Assembly (NCBI GenBank): GCA_002337925.1
Contig: DDHB01000003.1
Span: 1 to 62,186 of the forward strand
Source of the DNA: Sporomusaceae bacterium UBA1887
Lineage (GTDB): Bacteria > Bacillota > Negativicutes > Sporomusales > DSM-15969
Direction: 5' to 3'
DNA length: 62,186 nt
Below the pieces are notes generated by a model. The model worked only from the letters and a program-made list of their open reading frames with translations, was not told the origin of the DNA and searched no databases. Positions 18,103-29,120 of this stretch are shown here, one piece after another. Positions within the stretch are counted from its first letter, which is position 1. The number at the start of each line of letters is the position of its first letter. The position numbers and the translations under genes were made by a program.

Positions 18103-18921
18103 ATGAAAAACGAATCGTTATTAAGCAAGATCCTCTGGGGCGGTTTAGTAGTTCTGGTACTTATTCCGTTCTTGTTCCCGTTTTTATGGATATTATCAGC
18201 CTCTTTTAAGACTCAGGCACAAATTGTGGCGATGCCTCCAGTATGGGTATTTACTCCTACGCTGGAAAACTATGCCAGAGTGTTTGTCGAGCAGGATTTT
18301 GGGCGGTTTTTATTAAACAGCTCGATTATAGCAGTCGGATCAACCGTATTATCCCTGGTGATTGGTTTGCCGGCAGCTTATACTATTTCCCGGTACAAAC
18401 AAAATGGGCTGGGAATTTTTATTCTGATAGCGCGACTCATGCCGGGTATTTCGTATTTGATTCCCTGGTATATTCTGTTTTCAAAATTACGCATGATCGA
18501 TTCTTTTGCAACGCTGATTGCCAGCCATATGCTTGTTGGGCTGCCTTTAATCGTTTGGATTATGGTCAATTATTTTGATGGGCTGCCTCATGAACTGGAA
18601 GAAGCGGCACAAGTTGATGGCTGCACGTTGCAAGGGGCGTTTTTCAAAATTGTTCTGCCTTTGTCAGGACCTGGAATCATTACGGCGTCAACTTTATCCT
18701 TCCTTTTCTCCTGGAATAATTTTATGTTCTCCTTAGTGCTTAGTGCTGAGGAAACGAAGACATTACCGATTGCGGTATATAATTTTGTGTCGTATGCAGA
18801 TGTTAGCTGGGGTCCGGTTATGGCCGCGACAATTGTTATTATTGCACCAGCTATTATTTTAACGATGGTATTCCAACGGTATGTTATCAAAGGCTTGACT
18901 ATGGGAGCTGTAAAGGGGTAG
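18103..18921 (+). CDS. Carbohydrate ABC transporter permease (MalG-like)
   Basis: ELEEAAQVDG, SWNNF, GL..GAVKG. Confidence 0.92.
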   Translation: MKNESLLSKILWGGLVVLVLIPFLFPFLWILSASFKTQAQIVAMPPVWVFTPTLENYARVFVEQDFGRFLLNSSIIAVGSTVLSLVIGLPAAYTISRYKQNGLGIFILIARLMPGISYLIPWYILFSKLRMIDSFATLIASHMLVGLPLIVWIMVNYFDGLPHELEEAAQVDGCTLQGAFFKIVLPLSGPGIITASTLSFLFSWNNFMFSLVLSAEETKTLPIAVYNFVSYADVSWGPVMAATIVIIAPAIILTMVFQRYVIKGLTMGAVKG

Positions 18922-18975
18922 TACCTTGTCAGCCCTAATCCAGTGAATACTGATTTAGAACTGACAAGGTACTAC
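18918..18975. repeat. Short palindromic element (internally deleted MITE/REP-like copy)
   Basis: 15-bp terminal IR GTAGTACCTTGTCAG/CTGACAAGGTACTAC; 18923-18953 is the exact reverse complement of 38079-38109. Confidence 0.8.
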
Positions 18976-19006
18976 TGGTAATTTATGAAAAGTGGGGTTT
19001 GAAGTA

Positions 19007-20092
19007 ATGGGACGTGTTGTGTGTGAACACATAGAAAAGAAATTCGGAGATGTCATTGCCGTTAATGATTTTAACGTAGAAATAAACGACAAAGAATTTG
19101 TCGTTATTGTTGGACCTTCAGGATGTGGCAAATCGACATCTTTGCGAATGATTGCCGGACTGGAAAAGCAAACGGGAGGCAATATTTATATTGGGGAAAA
19201 GCTGGTGAGTGACAAGCCTCCTCGGGACCGCAATATTGCCATGGTGTTTCAGAATTATGCGCTCTATCCGCATATGAATGTGTATGACAACATTGCCTTT
19301 GCGCTGAAACTGCGCAATTTACCTAACGATGAAATTGACCGCAAAGTAAAAGAGGCAGCAGAGATCTTGGGAATTACCAGCTATTTACAGCGTAAGCCCA
19401 GGGAGTTGTCTGGTGGCCAACGGCAGCGTGTTGCACTTGGACGGTCGATTGTCCGCGAGCCAGAAGTATTTCTCATGGATGAACCGTTATCAAATTTAGA
19501 TGCAAAGCTTCGCGTGCAAATGCGGGCTGAAATAGCTAAACTACAGGCTAGACTAGGGATTACTACTATTTATGTTACCCATGATCAGGTAGAGGCAATG
19601 ACCATGGCTGACCGCATTATCGTCATGAAAGATGGTGTCATTCAGCAGGTTGCTGATCCACAAACCTTGTATGACCAACCTGCGAATCAGTTTGTAGCCA
19701 GTTTCATTGGCACGCCTCCAATGAATTTTATTGCCTGCAAGCTGCAAAAACAGCAGGATGGATTTCATTTTATTAGTGAATCTGTAGACGTTATTGCTCC
19801 GGCTCAATGGTCTGAAAAGATTGCTGCATATGATGGACAGGAAGTGACCTTAGGCGTGAGACCGGAAAATATGTGTCCGAGCAGCTTGGAAAAAGACCAG
19901 GCATCTGCCATTGTTGACTTAGTGGAAGTATTAGGATCGGAAACGCTGGTTAACGTAAAAATTGGCGCAGATTCGGCAATCATTAAAGCGGCGCCTGACT
20001 ATAAGCCTGCAGTGGGTGAGGCAGTTCAACTTCATTTTGATATGGAGAAGGCACATCTGTTTAATAAGGAAACAGGAGTAGTTATCGTTTAA
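19007..20092 (+). CDS. ABC transporter ATPase (MalK/UgpC/MsmX type)
   Basis: GPSGCGKS, LSGGQRQRVA, DEPLSNLDAKLR, TOBE-like tail; start uncertain (18992 or 19007). Confidence 0.93.
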   Translation: MGRVVCEHIEKKFGDVIAVNDFNVEINDKEFVVIVGPSGCGKSTSLRMIAGLEKQTGGNIYIGEKLVSDKPPRDRNIAMVFQNYALYPHMNVYDNIAFALKLRNLPNDEIDRKVKEAAEILGITSYLQRKPRELSGGQRQRVALGRSIVREPEVFLMDEPLSNLDAKLRVQMRAEIAKLQARLGITTIYVTHDQVEAMTMADRIIVMKDGVIQQVADPQTLYDQPANQFVASFIGTPPMNFIACKLQKQQDGFHFISESVDVIAPAQWSEKIAAYDGQEVTLGVRPENMCPSSLEKDQASAIVDLVEVLGSETLVNVKIGADSAIIKAAPDYKPAVGEAVQLHFDMEKAHLFNKETGVVIV

Positions 20093-20256
20093 GTGGATAG
20101 TAATGCCCATGACTCATTTATGAGTTGTGGGTATCTTTTTTTAAAGGGTATTCGTGTCAGCTTAGTAAGAAAGAGACCCGCAAGCACCTATATGCAAGCA
20201 GGTCTCTTTGTCTTATCAACTGAAGTTAGCGAGGAAAATAGAAGATACGCGTCGAA

Positions 20257-20955
20257 TTAAAGAGAAGATATATCGCCTTTTGTTTGCAAATGACTCTTCT
20301 GACGAATGTACGCGACTTGAATAACGGTGGGAATGGTCTTACGGTAGGCAGGGCCGGCCAGGCTTGTCAAAAGTATAACTACTCCGGCTACAACGCCGAT
20401 TGGCCCCAGCAGCTCGGCCACAAAACTTCCCATAAGGCTCTCCAATGTGATTATACCTGCTTCTCGTGCAGCGGCTGCTGCAACGAGGCGGGCAACATTC
20501 CAGATAACCAGATAACCGGTGGCCGGCAGGAGATCATAGAACGTTCCGTCGATTAGTGCCTTACTCAAGCGTTCGCCGTCAGCTGCAGATTGCCCCAAGG
20601 CATCATAGAGAGCTGCTTTGTCTTTAGAGGACATTTTGTCCCAGGACTGTTGAAAAATTTCTGCCAGCAGCCGGCTTTCTAAAATTTGTTCACTGTCGTT
20701 CTCCTGCCACTTAACATGAAAACGATTGGCCACATCACGGACAATTTCCAGATAGTGTGCCTGTCCCCATAGACGGCGTCCAATATCGTGGCTGCCATTA
20801 TCCAACATTGTCTTTATAAGCTCTTGTATGGTAGTATCTCGGTACTCGCCATAATTATATCGGATGAGAACATCGATATCTTCCTTGTCAGCACTTTCCA
20901 GTAATTCTAGCAGACTCTGAGTAGATTGTGCCAGTTTTTCATCCACTATTCTCAC
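20257..20955 (-). CDS. YaaW/UPF0174-like protein
   Basis: Y.EIV.DVA, LGPIG...GPAYRKTIP.VIQVAYIRQ C-terminus. Confidence 0.7.
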   Translation of the reverse strand: MRIVDEKLAQSTQSLLELLESADKEDIDVLIRYNYGEYRDTTIQELIKTMLDNGSHDIGRRLWGQAHYLEIVRDVANRFHVKWQENDSEQILESRLLAEIFQQSWDKMSSKDKAALYDALGQSAADGERLSKALIDGTFYDLLPATGYLVIWNVARLVAAAAAREAGIITLESLMGSFVAELLGPIGVVAGVVILLTSLAGPAYRKTIPTVIQVAYIRQKSHLQTKGDISSL

Positions 20956-20986
20956 ATCCTTACCTAATTGTTGAAGGGAGCTTACT

Positions 20987-21664
20987 ATGCGAAGTATAAT
21001 AGCTATTCTTGCTGTGATAGCCTTGGCTGCCGTTGCTTATTTTGTTGAACCTGGTTTTTTTGATAAGTTAATTGAGCTTGCGGCAAGCAGCGATATAAGC
21101 CAGCTATCACTGCATATCAAAAGCTATGGCAATTGGTCAATTGCTGTAAGTATTTTATTAGGGACTATTATTAATGTGTCTGGTTTGCCGACAGTTGTAT
21201 TTTCTGGAGCCAATGGACTTATCTTTGGCTTTTGGCCTGGCGTAGCCTTATCGTGGGTATCGGAGGTGCTAGGTGCAGTCGTAGCTTTTGTATTGGCGAG
21301 ACCGCTGCTCGAAAAGGGAGCCTCCCGGGTAGTGGAACGTCGGCCCGGATGGCAGAAGGCGTATGAGTTTACGGCTAAACGCGGATTCTGGACTGTCTTT
21401 GTTGCCAGACTGCTTCCTTTTTCTCCTTCGGGGCTGATTAATGTGGCTGCGGCGGCAGGAAAGATCTCTTTTCGCGATTATATTGCAGCAACGGCTTTAG
21501 GTAAAATACCTTCCATCATTGCCGAGGTATACTTAGGGCGGGATTTATTGTTTGCTGCAAATCATACAACCCGTATTATACTGTGGATTGCACTGACCGC
21601 TGTACTTTATGGAGGATTTATGTATTACCGGAAGCGCAGCCAGACTTCAGAAGCCAAAGAGTAA
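20987..21664 (+). CDS. TVP38/TMEM64 (DedA/VTT) membrane protein
   Basis: G..FG...G, RLLPF.P...IN..A, Y..AT.LG..P. Confidence 0.85.
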   Translation: MRSIIAILAVIALAAVAYFVEPGFFDKLIELAASSDISQLSLHIKSYGNWSIAVSILLGTIINVSGLPTVVFSGANGLIFGFWPGVALSWVSEVLGAVVAFVLARPLLEKGASRVVERRPGWQKAYEFTAKRGFWTVFVARLLPFSPSGLINVAAAAGKISFRDYIAATALGKIPSIIAEVYLGRDLLFAANHTTRIILWIALTAVLYGGFMYYRKRSQTSEAKE

Positions 21665-21730
21665 ATAGCTAAAAGAAGCAAATCTTCGCATAGGCAAAGA
21701 AATGCTTCTTTTTATCGCTTCTTTTAGACT

Positions 21731-22201
21731 TTAATCACAAGAATACGGCACAATCGTTACCATGCAGGGAGCGGCATTGACAACGCTGTAGCTGACGCTT
21801 CCTAACAACCCGCCAAGAACGGGATTCATGCCGCGGGAACCCATAATAATCATACGGACTCCTGTGGTCAGACACTGACCCGGTTGATAAGGCTGATCCA
21901 GTGTTGCTTCAAGACAAATTTGTTCTTTGGCATCACCGATTCTTAATTTAATCTCAAATTCTACGCCCGATTCTTCCAGAAGCTTTTTGGCTGGCGCCAC
22001 TGCTTCGTGGAATAATTGTTCCTGATATTCGTGGATCGCGTGATCATTGAAAAACATTTTAGTATGAACTGTACGGAAACTATGCTGAACATTTAATAAA
22101 ACAATTTTTTCTTGCAGCATTTTGGCCCATGTAATTGCCAGTTGAAGTGCTTCCGTTGCATTTTTTGAACCGTCAAAAGGTACTAGAAGGTCTTTTTTCA
22201 T
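21731..22201 (-). CDS. Universal stress protein
   Basis: LVPFDGS, IIMGSRG...LLGSVS..VV..APC.V.IV; start at MKKDL behind GGAGG. Confidence 0.9.
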   Translation of the reverse strand: MKKDLLVPFDGSKNATEALQLAITWAKMLQEKIVLLNVQHSFRTVHTKMFFNDHAIHEYQEQLFHEAVAPAKKLLEESGVEFEIKLRIGDAKEQICLEATLDQPYQPGQCLTTGVRMIIMGSRGMNPVLGGLLGSVSYSVVNAAPCMVTIVPYSCD

Positions 22202-22402
22202 CTTCAATCCTCCAGTAAACTTACTTTTCAATAGTATTCGATAAAAAAATGACAGGCTCCTCTTTGCTTGTTTAATTTTTGCTCAATTCTTTCGGTGATT
22301 GTCCTCTATTGCTTCTTCTGAGGGGTCATGATAACATAGAAAATAATGGAAATTATGTCAATACATAATAAGAAGACAAATTGATGGAGAGGTGTAGCGA
22401 GT

Positions 22403-24055
22403 ATGTCGATCCACCCATTCGCAGGAAAAAAGGCACAAAGGTCTGATTTGGTTAATATACCGCGTCTTGTTAGTGCGTATTATACGAATAAGCCCGACGG
22501 CAGCCTGCCGTCGCAGCAAGTTTCTTTTGGTACTTCCGGGCACCGGGGTAGTTCATTTTTGTATAGTTTCAATGAAGACCATATTTATGCCATTACGCAG
22601 GCTATCTGTTGTTATCGTAAGTTGCAAGGGATAACAGGTCCTCTGTTTATTGGCTTCGATACGCATGCGTTATCTGAGCCTGCTTTTATTTCCGCACTAG
22701 AGGTGCTGGCTGCTAATCAGGTTGAAACACGAATTGCCAAAGATATGAATTATACGCCTACACCGGCAATTTCCCATGCTATTTTAAGCTATAATAAAGG
22801 TCGGAAAAGTGGGCTGGCTGATGGAATTGTCATTACGCCTTCACATAATCCGCCGGATAATGGCGGTATTAAGTACAATCCTCCCAATGGAGGGCCAGCT
22901 GATGCCGGTATTACCAAGTGGATTGCTGAGAAAGCCAATTTGTTTTTACAGCAAGGGAATACCGAGGTCGCCCGTCTGTCTTACGAACGGGCACTAAAAT
23001 CGCCTACTGTTCACGAATATGATTTCATCATGCCTTATGTACATGACCTGAAAAATTGCATTGATATGGATAGTATTAAGGCAGCGGGGCTTAAATTTGG
23101 AGCAGATGCTCTGGGGGGGGCCGGTATTGGTTTTTGGCAGCCGATTGCGGAAGTTTATGGCCTTTCTATTGATGTAATTAATGGATATGCTGATCCGACT
23201 TTTAGCTTTATGAATAGGGATAGTGACGGTAAAATCCGGATGGATTGCTCTTCACCCTATGCGATGGCCGGACTAATTGATTTAAAAGATAAATATGATC
23301 TTGCTTTCGGCAATGACCCCGATTTCGACCGCCATGGAATTGTCACACCCAGCAGCGGTCTGCTCAATCCTAATCATTACCTGTCAGTAGCAATTTGTTA
23401 TTTATTTCAGCAGCGTACGGGATGGCGCAAAGATGCGGCAATCGGTAAAACGATTGTGAGTTCCTCAATGATTGATCGCGTTGCAGGTAGTTTAAATCGG
23501 GAACTGGCTGAGGTGCCAGTTGGGTTTAAGTGGTTTGTAAATGGCCTGGTTGATGGGTCTTTTGGCTTTGGCGGCGAAGAGAGCGCCGGAGCTGCTTTTC
23601 TTAAAAAGGATGGAACGGTTTGGACCACTGATAAAGACGGTATTCAGCTTTGCCTGCTGGCGGCAGAGATCACTGCTAAGACGGGGCGTGATCCTGGCGA
23701 GCACTACCGGAGCTTGACAGACCGTTTTGGGACACCTGTTTATACGCGAATGGATGCTGCGGCTAATGCAAGGCAGAAAGTTGTATTGGCAGCGCTTACC
23801 CCTGAGCAAGTAAAAGCCGATAGGCTAGCAGGTGAGATAATTACAGCAAAGCTGACGAAAGCACCTTATAATGGCGAAGCTATCGGTGGACTGAAAGTGT
23901 GTACACAAAATGGCTGGTTTGCTGCCCGCCCTTCGGGAACGGAAGAAATATATAAAATTTATGCGGAAAGCTTTAAAGATGAAGCGCATCTGCGGCAAAT
24001 TCAGCAGGAAGCACAGGCGATTGTTAGTGAGGCCTTTGCGGCGGCAGGGGCATGA
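22403..24055 (+). CDS. pgm: Phosphoglucomutase
   Basis: [32 protein letters not shown]. Confidence 0.95.
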   Translation: MSIHPFAGKKAQRSDLVNIPRLVSAYYTNKPDGSLPSQQVSFGTSGHRGSSFLYSFNEDHIYAITQAICCYRKLQGITGPLFIGFDTHALSEPAFISALEVLAANQVETRIAKDMNYTPTPAISHAILSYNKGRKSGLADGIVITPSHNPPDNGGIKYNPPNGGPADAGITKWIAEKANLFLQQGNTEVARLSYERALKSPTVHEYDFIMPYVHDLKNCIDMDSIKAAGLKFGADALGGAGIGFWQPIAEVYGLSIDVINGYADPTFSFMNRDSDGKIRMDCSSPYAMAGLIDLKDKYDLAFGNDPDFDRHGIVTPSSGLLNPNHYLSVAICYLFQQRTGWRKDAAIGKTIVSSSMIDRVAGSLNRELAEVPVGFKWFVNGLVDGSFGFGGEESAGAAFLKKDGTVWTTDKDGIQLCLLAAEITAKTGRDPGEHYRSLTDRFGTPVYTRMDAAANARQKVVLAALTPEQVKADRLAGEIITAKLTKAPYNGEAIGGLKVCTQNGWFAARPSGTEEIYKIYAESFKDEAHLRQIQQEAQAIVSEAFAAAGA

Positions 24056-24131
24056 AACTAAAAAAACGGACAGGTATCTATAAAAACATTCGCTTTTATG
24101 GTATGGTTATATTACCAGGGAGGGATGTTTA

Positions 24132-24860
24132 ATGGCTGTAGAGCCGATTTTTACTACTGACAAGGATTGTCCGGTATGCAAAAAAACCTTTTCCGCAACT
24201 AAGGCACGTACCCGCTTAACAATGCTTAAGCAAGACAGTGATTACTGCACTTACTATAAAGAAGTGAATCCCAATTTTTATGCAATATGGGTTTGCCCTC
24301 ATTGCGGTTATGCGGCGATGGATACCTATTTTGCTGAGCAAACTGCTGCGGCGGTTGATAAGATACGAACTTTTCTTACTGGCCGTGCGGTTAATGTGAA
24401 TTTCAGCGGACCCCGTACGCGTGAGCAGGCCATTGCTACTTATAAATTAGCAATTTTTTATGCTGAATTAAGCAGCGCCTTAAACAGCCGGCTAGGAGCA
24501 TTGTATCTCAGACTGGCATGGCTTTACCGGGAAGGTGAAGAACAGGAGCCAGAGCAGCTGGCCCTTGATAAAGCCCGTACTTATTATGAACAGGCACTTT
24601 TAAAAGAGCGCCTGCCGATTGGCAATATGAGTCAAATGGCGTTGGAGTATCTAATTGGTGAGCTGCTGCGCCGCACTGGCAAACTAGAAATGGCGTTATC
24701 CTATCTGGGTAAGGTGGTAGGCAATCCATTAGCCAAACTGGAGAACCGGGTACTGCAATTGGCAAAGGCAGCCTGGCATCAAACGAGGGACGCCAAAAAA
24801 CAGCTGGCTGCTGCGGCAAAAGAGAACGGACAGGAACCACAGCAGGCATCTGCCAAGTAA
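24132..24860 (+). CDS. DUF2225-like Zn-ribbon/TPR protein
   Basis: CPVC...CPHCGYA, LRLAWLYR, YLIGEL.RR.G. Confidence 0.8.
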   Translation: MAVEPIFTTDKDCPVCKKTFSATKARTRLTMLKQDSDYCTYYKEVNPNFYAIWVCPHCGYAAMDTYFAEQTAAAVDKIRTFLTGRAVNVNFSGPRTREQAIATYKLAIFYAELSSALNSRLGALYLRLAWLYREGEEQEPEQLALDKARTYYEQALLKERLPIGNMSQMALEYLIGELLRRTGKLEMALSYLGKVVGNPLAKLENRVLQLAKAAWHQTRDAKKQLAAAAKENGQEPQQASAK

Positions 24861-24876
24861 ATATAAGAAATGAGCG

Positions 24877-24911
24877 AAAAGGATGACGGGAAGAACCGTC
24901 ATCCTTTTTTT
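24877..24911 (+). terminator. Intrinsic terminator
   Basis: AAAAGGATGACGG/CCGTCATCCTTTT followed by a T tract. Confidence 0.85.
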
Positions 24912-24967
24912 AATTGGTGAAAGTGTTTCAACGGAACTTGAAAGTGGTAAACTGGAATTCTGTTCCA

Positions 24968-24984
24968 TTGGCATAATAGTTGCA
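24968..24984 (+). promoter_or_regulatory. sigma54 (-24/-12) promoter upstream of atoS
   Basis: TTGGCATAATAGTTGCA, GG-N10-GC. Confidence 0.75.
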
Positions 24985-25037
24985 TGATATTACAATATAG
25001 CTACACGATACGATCTGCGTGAATACGGAGGATAGTT

Positions 25038-26894
25038 ATGAAGGGGTTTTGGCCAGCAAATTTGCGTGGTAAGATGATTATTCTTACTTTGCTTGTTGTT
25101 ACCATTCCGATGGTGGTAGCGGGATATATTATGAAAACCGATGCAGAGGCGGCTTTGCTTGCAGAAAAGGAGCGAAAACTGTTCGGTGCTGCCAGGCTGC
25201 TGGAGCAAAATATTGGCAGCGGTTTTAATGAAATACTGATTAGAGAAAATGCAGAACAGGCGGATGGGAACGCGAAGCTCAAAGTACTTAATCAAGCTTT
25301 GGCTGGATTTACTGATAGGGTAGCGGCCGTATATCCCGGCGTTGGAGCAGGTTACTATGTGTACACACCGGATGTGCAGGGCATTGTAACTTACGGTCCC
25401 AGCAGTCTTTACTCCGGCAAAGTAGGAGTGGTCATCGGTGAGCAGCATCCGGGAATGATGGTCATGCGTACCGGCGAGAGCCGGGTGCAGGTAGGTCCAT
25501 TGGTGAGAGGGAGCATTATGAATGCCATGGTGCCGATCATTCGCAATGAACAGGTAATCGGCTATGTATGGGCTAATGAATTAACCGATGATATTCAGAT
25601 GCAAATTGCGGACATGGAACGCAATATATTTTGGTCGGTTGGTGTTGGTATGGCGCTCAGTATTATCCTGATTTTATGGTTTGCCGATACCATTGTCAGC
25701 GGAGTGAATACCATTAAAGAGGGCTTGAGGCGTATGGAAAAGGACCTCAAAATTCCTATTACAGGGCCAACGGGTGAAATCGGTGAAATTGCAGCAGCTA
25801 TTAATAATATGGCCAAATCGCTTGTAGAAGCGCGAACGTTAACTGAGCATATTATGGATAGTATGACAGACGGTATCATTACGGTTGACAATCACGGAGT
25901 GATAACATCTCTTAATCAAGCGGCTGAACGCCTGACCGGGTATGAGGCAGAGGAAATTGTCGGCGTCGCATATGAAAAAGTATTTTGCCATGGGAAGCGG
26001 TTCAATAGTCTGCTTCTTGATACGCTCCGGACGGGTAAGAGCCATCTCGGCCAGGAGACTGATTATCCGGTGCGGACCGGAACCATTCATATTAGTACCA
26101 GTACGACCCGTCTGCGCAATGCGAATGAGGAAATAATCGGAGCAGTTGTTGTTTTCCGTGATCTTACAGCCAATCACCGTTTGGAACAGCAGGTCAAACG
26201 GGCGGACCGGCTGGCAGCCCTGGGGGAATTGATGGCAGGAGTAGCTCATGAGGTGCGAAACCCTCTTACCAGTATTAAAGGATTTGTTCAATATCTGGCT
26301 GATTCAGACAGTGAGGAAGAACGCCGCGAATACACCCCCATTATTATCAGGGAAGTAGACCGAGTGAACCGGATTATTGAAGAACTGCTGTATTTTGCCC
26401 GCCCCAACCCGGCGTCTATTACTACGGTTGACGTAAACAACCTGCTAGAACAAACACTGGTGCTTGTTAAAAATAAAACCGTTCGTAATCTGGTGGAATT
26501 TGATTTGCAGATGGCGGCAGACCTTCCGCTTGTCGAAATGGATGCCGAACAATTTAAACAAGTGTTTCTAAATCTGGTGATCAACGCGATGCAAGCTATG
26601 CAGAGACAGGGAATAATTACAATACGAACAGCCTGGAATAAAGAAGCATCCCGGGTATGTATTTCTTTTACTGATACTGGTGTGGGAATTGCAGAACAAG
26701 ATGCAGTTAAAATTTTTGATCCCTTTTACACCACTAAAGAAACCGGTACCGGTCTTGGATTGCCCGTGGTTCATCGCATTGTCACGGCCCACCAGGGACA
26801 AATCAAGGTAGACAGCGTTGTCGGGCAGGGAACGACTATCACGGTAAATATTCCCCTTCGGCAAAGAGGAGAGGATGAAGATCATGCGGTCTAA
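25038..26894 (+). CDS. atoS: Sensor histidine kinase, AtoS-like
   Basis: Two TM helices, HAMP, PAS, AHEVRNPL, GTGLGL; IGYVWANE sensor motif; next to atoC-atoDAE. Confidence 0.85.
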   Translation: MKGFWPANLRGKMIILTLLVVTIPMVVAGYIMKTDAEAALLAEKERKLFGAARLLEQNIGSGFNEILIRENAEQADGNAKLKVLNQALAGFTDRVAAVYPGVGAGYYVYTPDVQGIVTYGPSSLYSGKVGVVIGEQHPGMMVMRTGESRVQVGPLVRGSIMNAMVPIIRNEQVIGYVWANELTDDIQMQIADMERNIFWSVGVGMALSIILILWFADTIVSGVNTIKEGLRRMEKDLKIPITGPTGEIGEIAAAINNMAKSLVEARTLTEHIMDSMTDGIITVDNHGVITSLNQAAERLTGYEAEEIVGVAYEKVFCHGKRFNSLLLDTLRTGKSHLGQETDYPVRTGTIHISTSTTRLRNANEEIIGAVVVFRDLTANHRLEQQVKRADRLAALGELMAGVAHEVRNPLTSIKGFVQYLADSDSEEERREYTPIIIREVDRVNRIIEELLYFARPNPASITTVDVNNLLEQTLVLVKNKTVRNLVEFDLQMAADLPLVEMDAEQFKQVFLNLVINAMQAMQRQGIITIRTAWNKEASRVCISFTDTGVGIAEQDAVKIFDPFYTTKETGTGLGLPVVHRIVTAHQGQIKVDSVVGQGTTITVNIPLRQRGEDEDHAV

Positions 26895-28254
26895 TTGGAC
26901 GATTTTGGTAGTTGATGATGAAGAGAGTGTTCGCAAACTGCTGACGGCGGTTTTGAAAAAAGAGGGCTATACAGTTGAGACGGCGGATGATGGGCAGCAG
27001 GCTGTTGAAAAAGCCCGTCTTATTAAACCGGCATTAGTGATTATGGATATTCGCATGCCTCATTTGGATGGTTTATCCGCATTTAAGGCGATCCGTGAGG
27101 AGAATAAAGAGGTTCTCGTTATATTAATGACTGCTTTTGCTGCAGTGGAAACGGCGGTTGAAGCTGTTAAGCTCGGAGCCTATGATTATATTATTAAGCC
27201 GTTTAATATCGATGAAGTAAAACTGCTGATCAAGAGGGCTATGCAAGTACAGACTCTTACGGAAGAAGTAAAGGTGCTGCGCGAGGAATTATACAGTAAC
27301 TACCGTCTGGACAAGCTGCTGACAAACAGTCCCAAAATGCAGGAGCTATACCGGATTATCGGTAAGGTTGCGAGCACAAATGCAACCGTATTAATCACCG
27401 GTGAAAGCGGCACAGGCAAAGAACTGATTGCCAACACGATTCATTATAACAGCCAGCGCAGCCATGGGCCGCTGATTAAAATTAATTGTGGCGCCTTGCC
27501 GGAATCCTTGCTGGAAAGCGAGTTATTTGGTCATGAAAAAGGTGCATTTACCGGTGCTGCAGCACGTAAACTGGGGCGCTTTGAGCTGGCAAATAAAGGA
27601 ACGATTTTCTTGGATGAAATTGGTGAGGTTTCACAGGCCTTGCAGGTAAAGTTGCTGCGGGTGCTGCAAGAACGGGAGTTTGAGCGGGTAGGTGGAACAG
27701 AGCCGATTAAGACCGATATTCGCATAATTGCTGCGACAAATCGCTGCTTAGAGGAAATGGTGGCGAAAGGTACTTTCCGGGAAGATCTGTATTACCGGCT
27801 GAATGTCGTATATATTCATGTACCGCCTTTGCGTGAACGAAGAGAAGATATTCCTTTATTAGCTGACTACTTTTTGCACAAGTATGCCCAGGAAAACAAT
27901 AAAACCATGTCCATGTTTGATCAGGAAACCTGTTCACTGCTAGCAGATTATCACTGGCCTGGCAACGTGCGTGAACTGGCCAATGTTATCGAAAGGGCAG
28001 TGATTATGAGCACCGGCTGTGTTATTTTTCCCGAGGATTTGCCTCAGTCGCTCAGTCGTCAGCAAATTCTTGCAATGGAAGCAAGCAGCGATTATACAGG
28101 TCAGTCTCTGAAGGAAATTATTAAACAGGTCGAGCGCAATATCATTAAACAGGCACTTGCCAATAATAATGGCAATAAGGTGAAAACTGCCAAAGACCTT
28201 GCTATGAGCAGAAGGGCGTTGCTTTATAAAATTGAAGAGTATGAACTTTGCTAG
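26875..28254 (+). CDS. atoC: sigma54-dependent response regulator, AtoC-like
   Basis: REC domain, GESGTGKE, GAFTGA, WPGNVREL, Fis-type HTH. Confidence 0.88.
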   Translation: MKIMRSNWTILVVDDEESVRKLLTAVLKKEGYTVETADDGQQAVEKARLIKPALVIMDIRMPHLDGLSAFKAIREENKEVLVILMTAFAAVETAVEAVKLGAYDYIIKPFNIDEVKLLIKRAMQVQTLTEEVKVLREELYSNYRLDKLLTNSPKMQELYRIIGKVASTNATVLITGESGTGKELIANTIHYNSQRSHGPLIKINCGALPESLLESELFGHEKGAFTGAAARKLGRFELANKGTIFLDEIGEVSQALQVKLLRVLQEREFERVGGTEPIKTDIRIIAATNRCLEEMVAKGTFREDLYYRLNVVYIHVPPLRERREDIPLLADYFLHKYAQENNKTMSMFDQETCSLLADYHWPGNVRELANVIERAVIMSTGCVIFPEDLPQSLSRQQILAMEASSDYTGQSLKEIIKQVERNIIKQALANNNGNKVKTAKDLAMSRRALLYKIEEYELC

Positions 28255-28386
28255 TGCCTAGCCAAAAGTTTAGTTGATAAGGTACTGCTGTATAAAAAAT
28301 AGTCACTGTGCAACAAATATCAGCTTTTCTCTACTTGTTTCCGGCTTTTGCGTACTGCAAAAGCTGTTTTTTTTACGCTAGTTTCA

Positions 28387-28403
28387 TTGGCATGACTCTT
28401 GCA
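28387..28403 (+). promoter_or_regulatory. sigma54 promoter of atoDAE
   Basis: TTGGCATGACTCTTGCA, GG-N10-GC. Confidence 0.85.
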
Positions 28404-28460
28404 ATATGTAATGTGGAATGCTATTTCATCAATTAACACAATTCCAGGAGGTGCTGCTAC

Positions 28461-29120
28461 ATGGACAAACTAACAACAATCCAGCAAGTTTCTGCCTCTT
28501 TTCAGACCGGAATGACGGTAATGATTGGCGGATTTCTGGCTGTTGGTACTCCAACTGTTCTAGTAAATGCGTTGCTTGAAACAGGAGTGAATGATTTAAC
28601 GCTGATTGGCAATGATACTGCTTTCCCTGACAGCGGTGTTGGTGTACTTGTCGTTAACAAGCGAGTAAAAAAAGCAATTGTTTCGCACATCGGCACGAAT
28701 CCCGAGACCGGACGACAAATGATGGCCGGTGAAATGCAAGTCGATCTGGTACCACAGGGAACGTTGGCTGAAAGAATCAGAGCTGCCGGTGCAGGACTGG
28801 GGGGAGTGCTTACTCCTACCGGTGTAGGTACGATTGTAGAGGAAGGTAAACAGAAGTTAACTGTCGACGGTAAGGAGTATTTGCTGGAAAAGGCGCTTAA
28901 AGCTGATCTTGCCCTTATCAAAGCCAAAAAGGCGGACAAAGCGGGGAATCTAATTTACAATAAATCGGCCCGTAACTTTAACCCGGTGATGGCCTTGGCT
29001 GCTGACCTGGTAATTGCTGAAGTGGAGGAGCTTGTTGAAGTTGGACAGCTTGATCCTGATGAAGTTATGACCCCCGGCATATTAGTTGACAAAATCATCG
29101 TTTCAGGGGAGGCGAAATAG
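28461..29120 (+). CDS. atoD: Acetate/acetoacetate CoA-transferase alpha subunit
   Basis: [26 protein letters not shown]. Confidence 0.92.
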   Translation: MDKLTTIQQVSASFQTGMTVMIGGFLAVGTPTVLVNALLETGVNDLTLIGNDTAFPDSGVGVLVVNKRVKKAIVSHIGTNPETGRQMMAGEMQVDLVPQGTLAERIRAAGAGLGGVLTPTGVGTIVEEGKQKLTVDGKEYLLEKALKADLALIKAKKADKAGNLIYNKSARNFNPVMALAADLVIAEVEELVEVGQLDPDEVMTPGILVDKIIVSGEAK

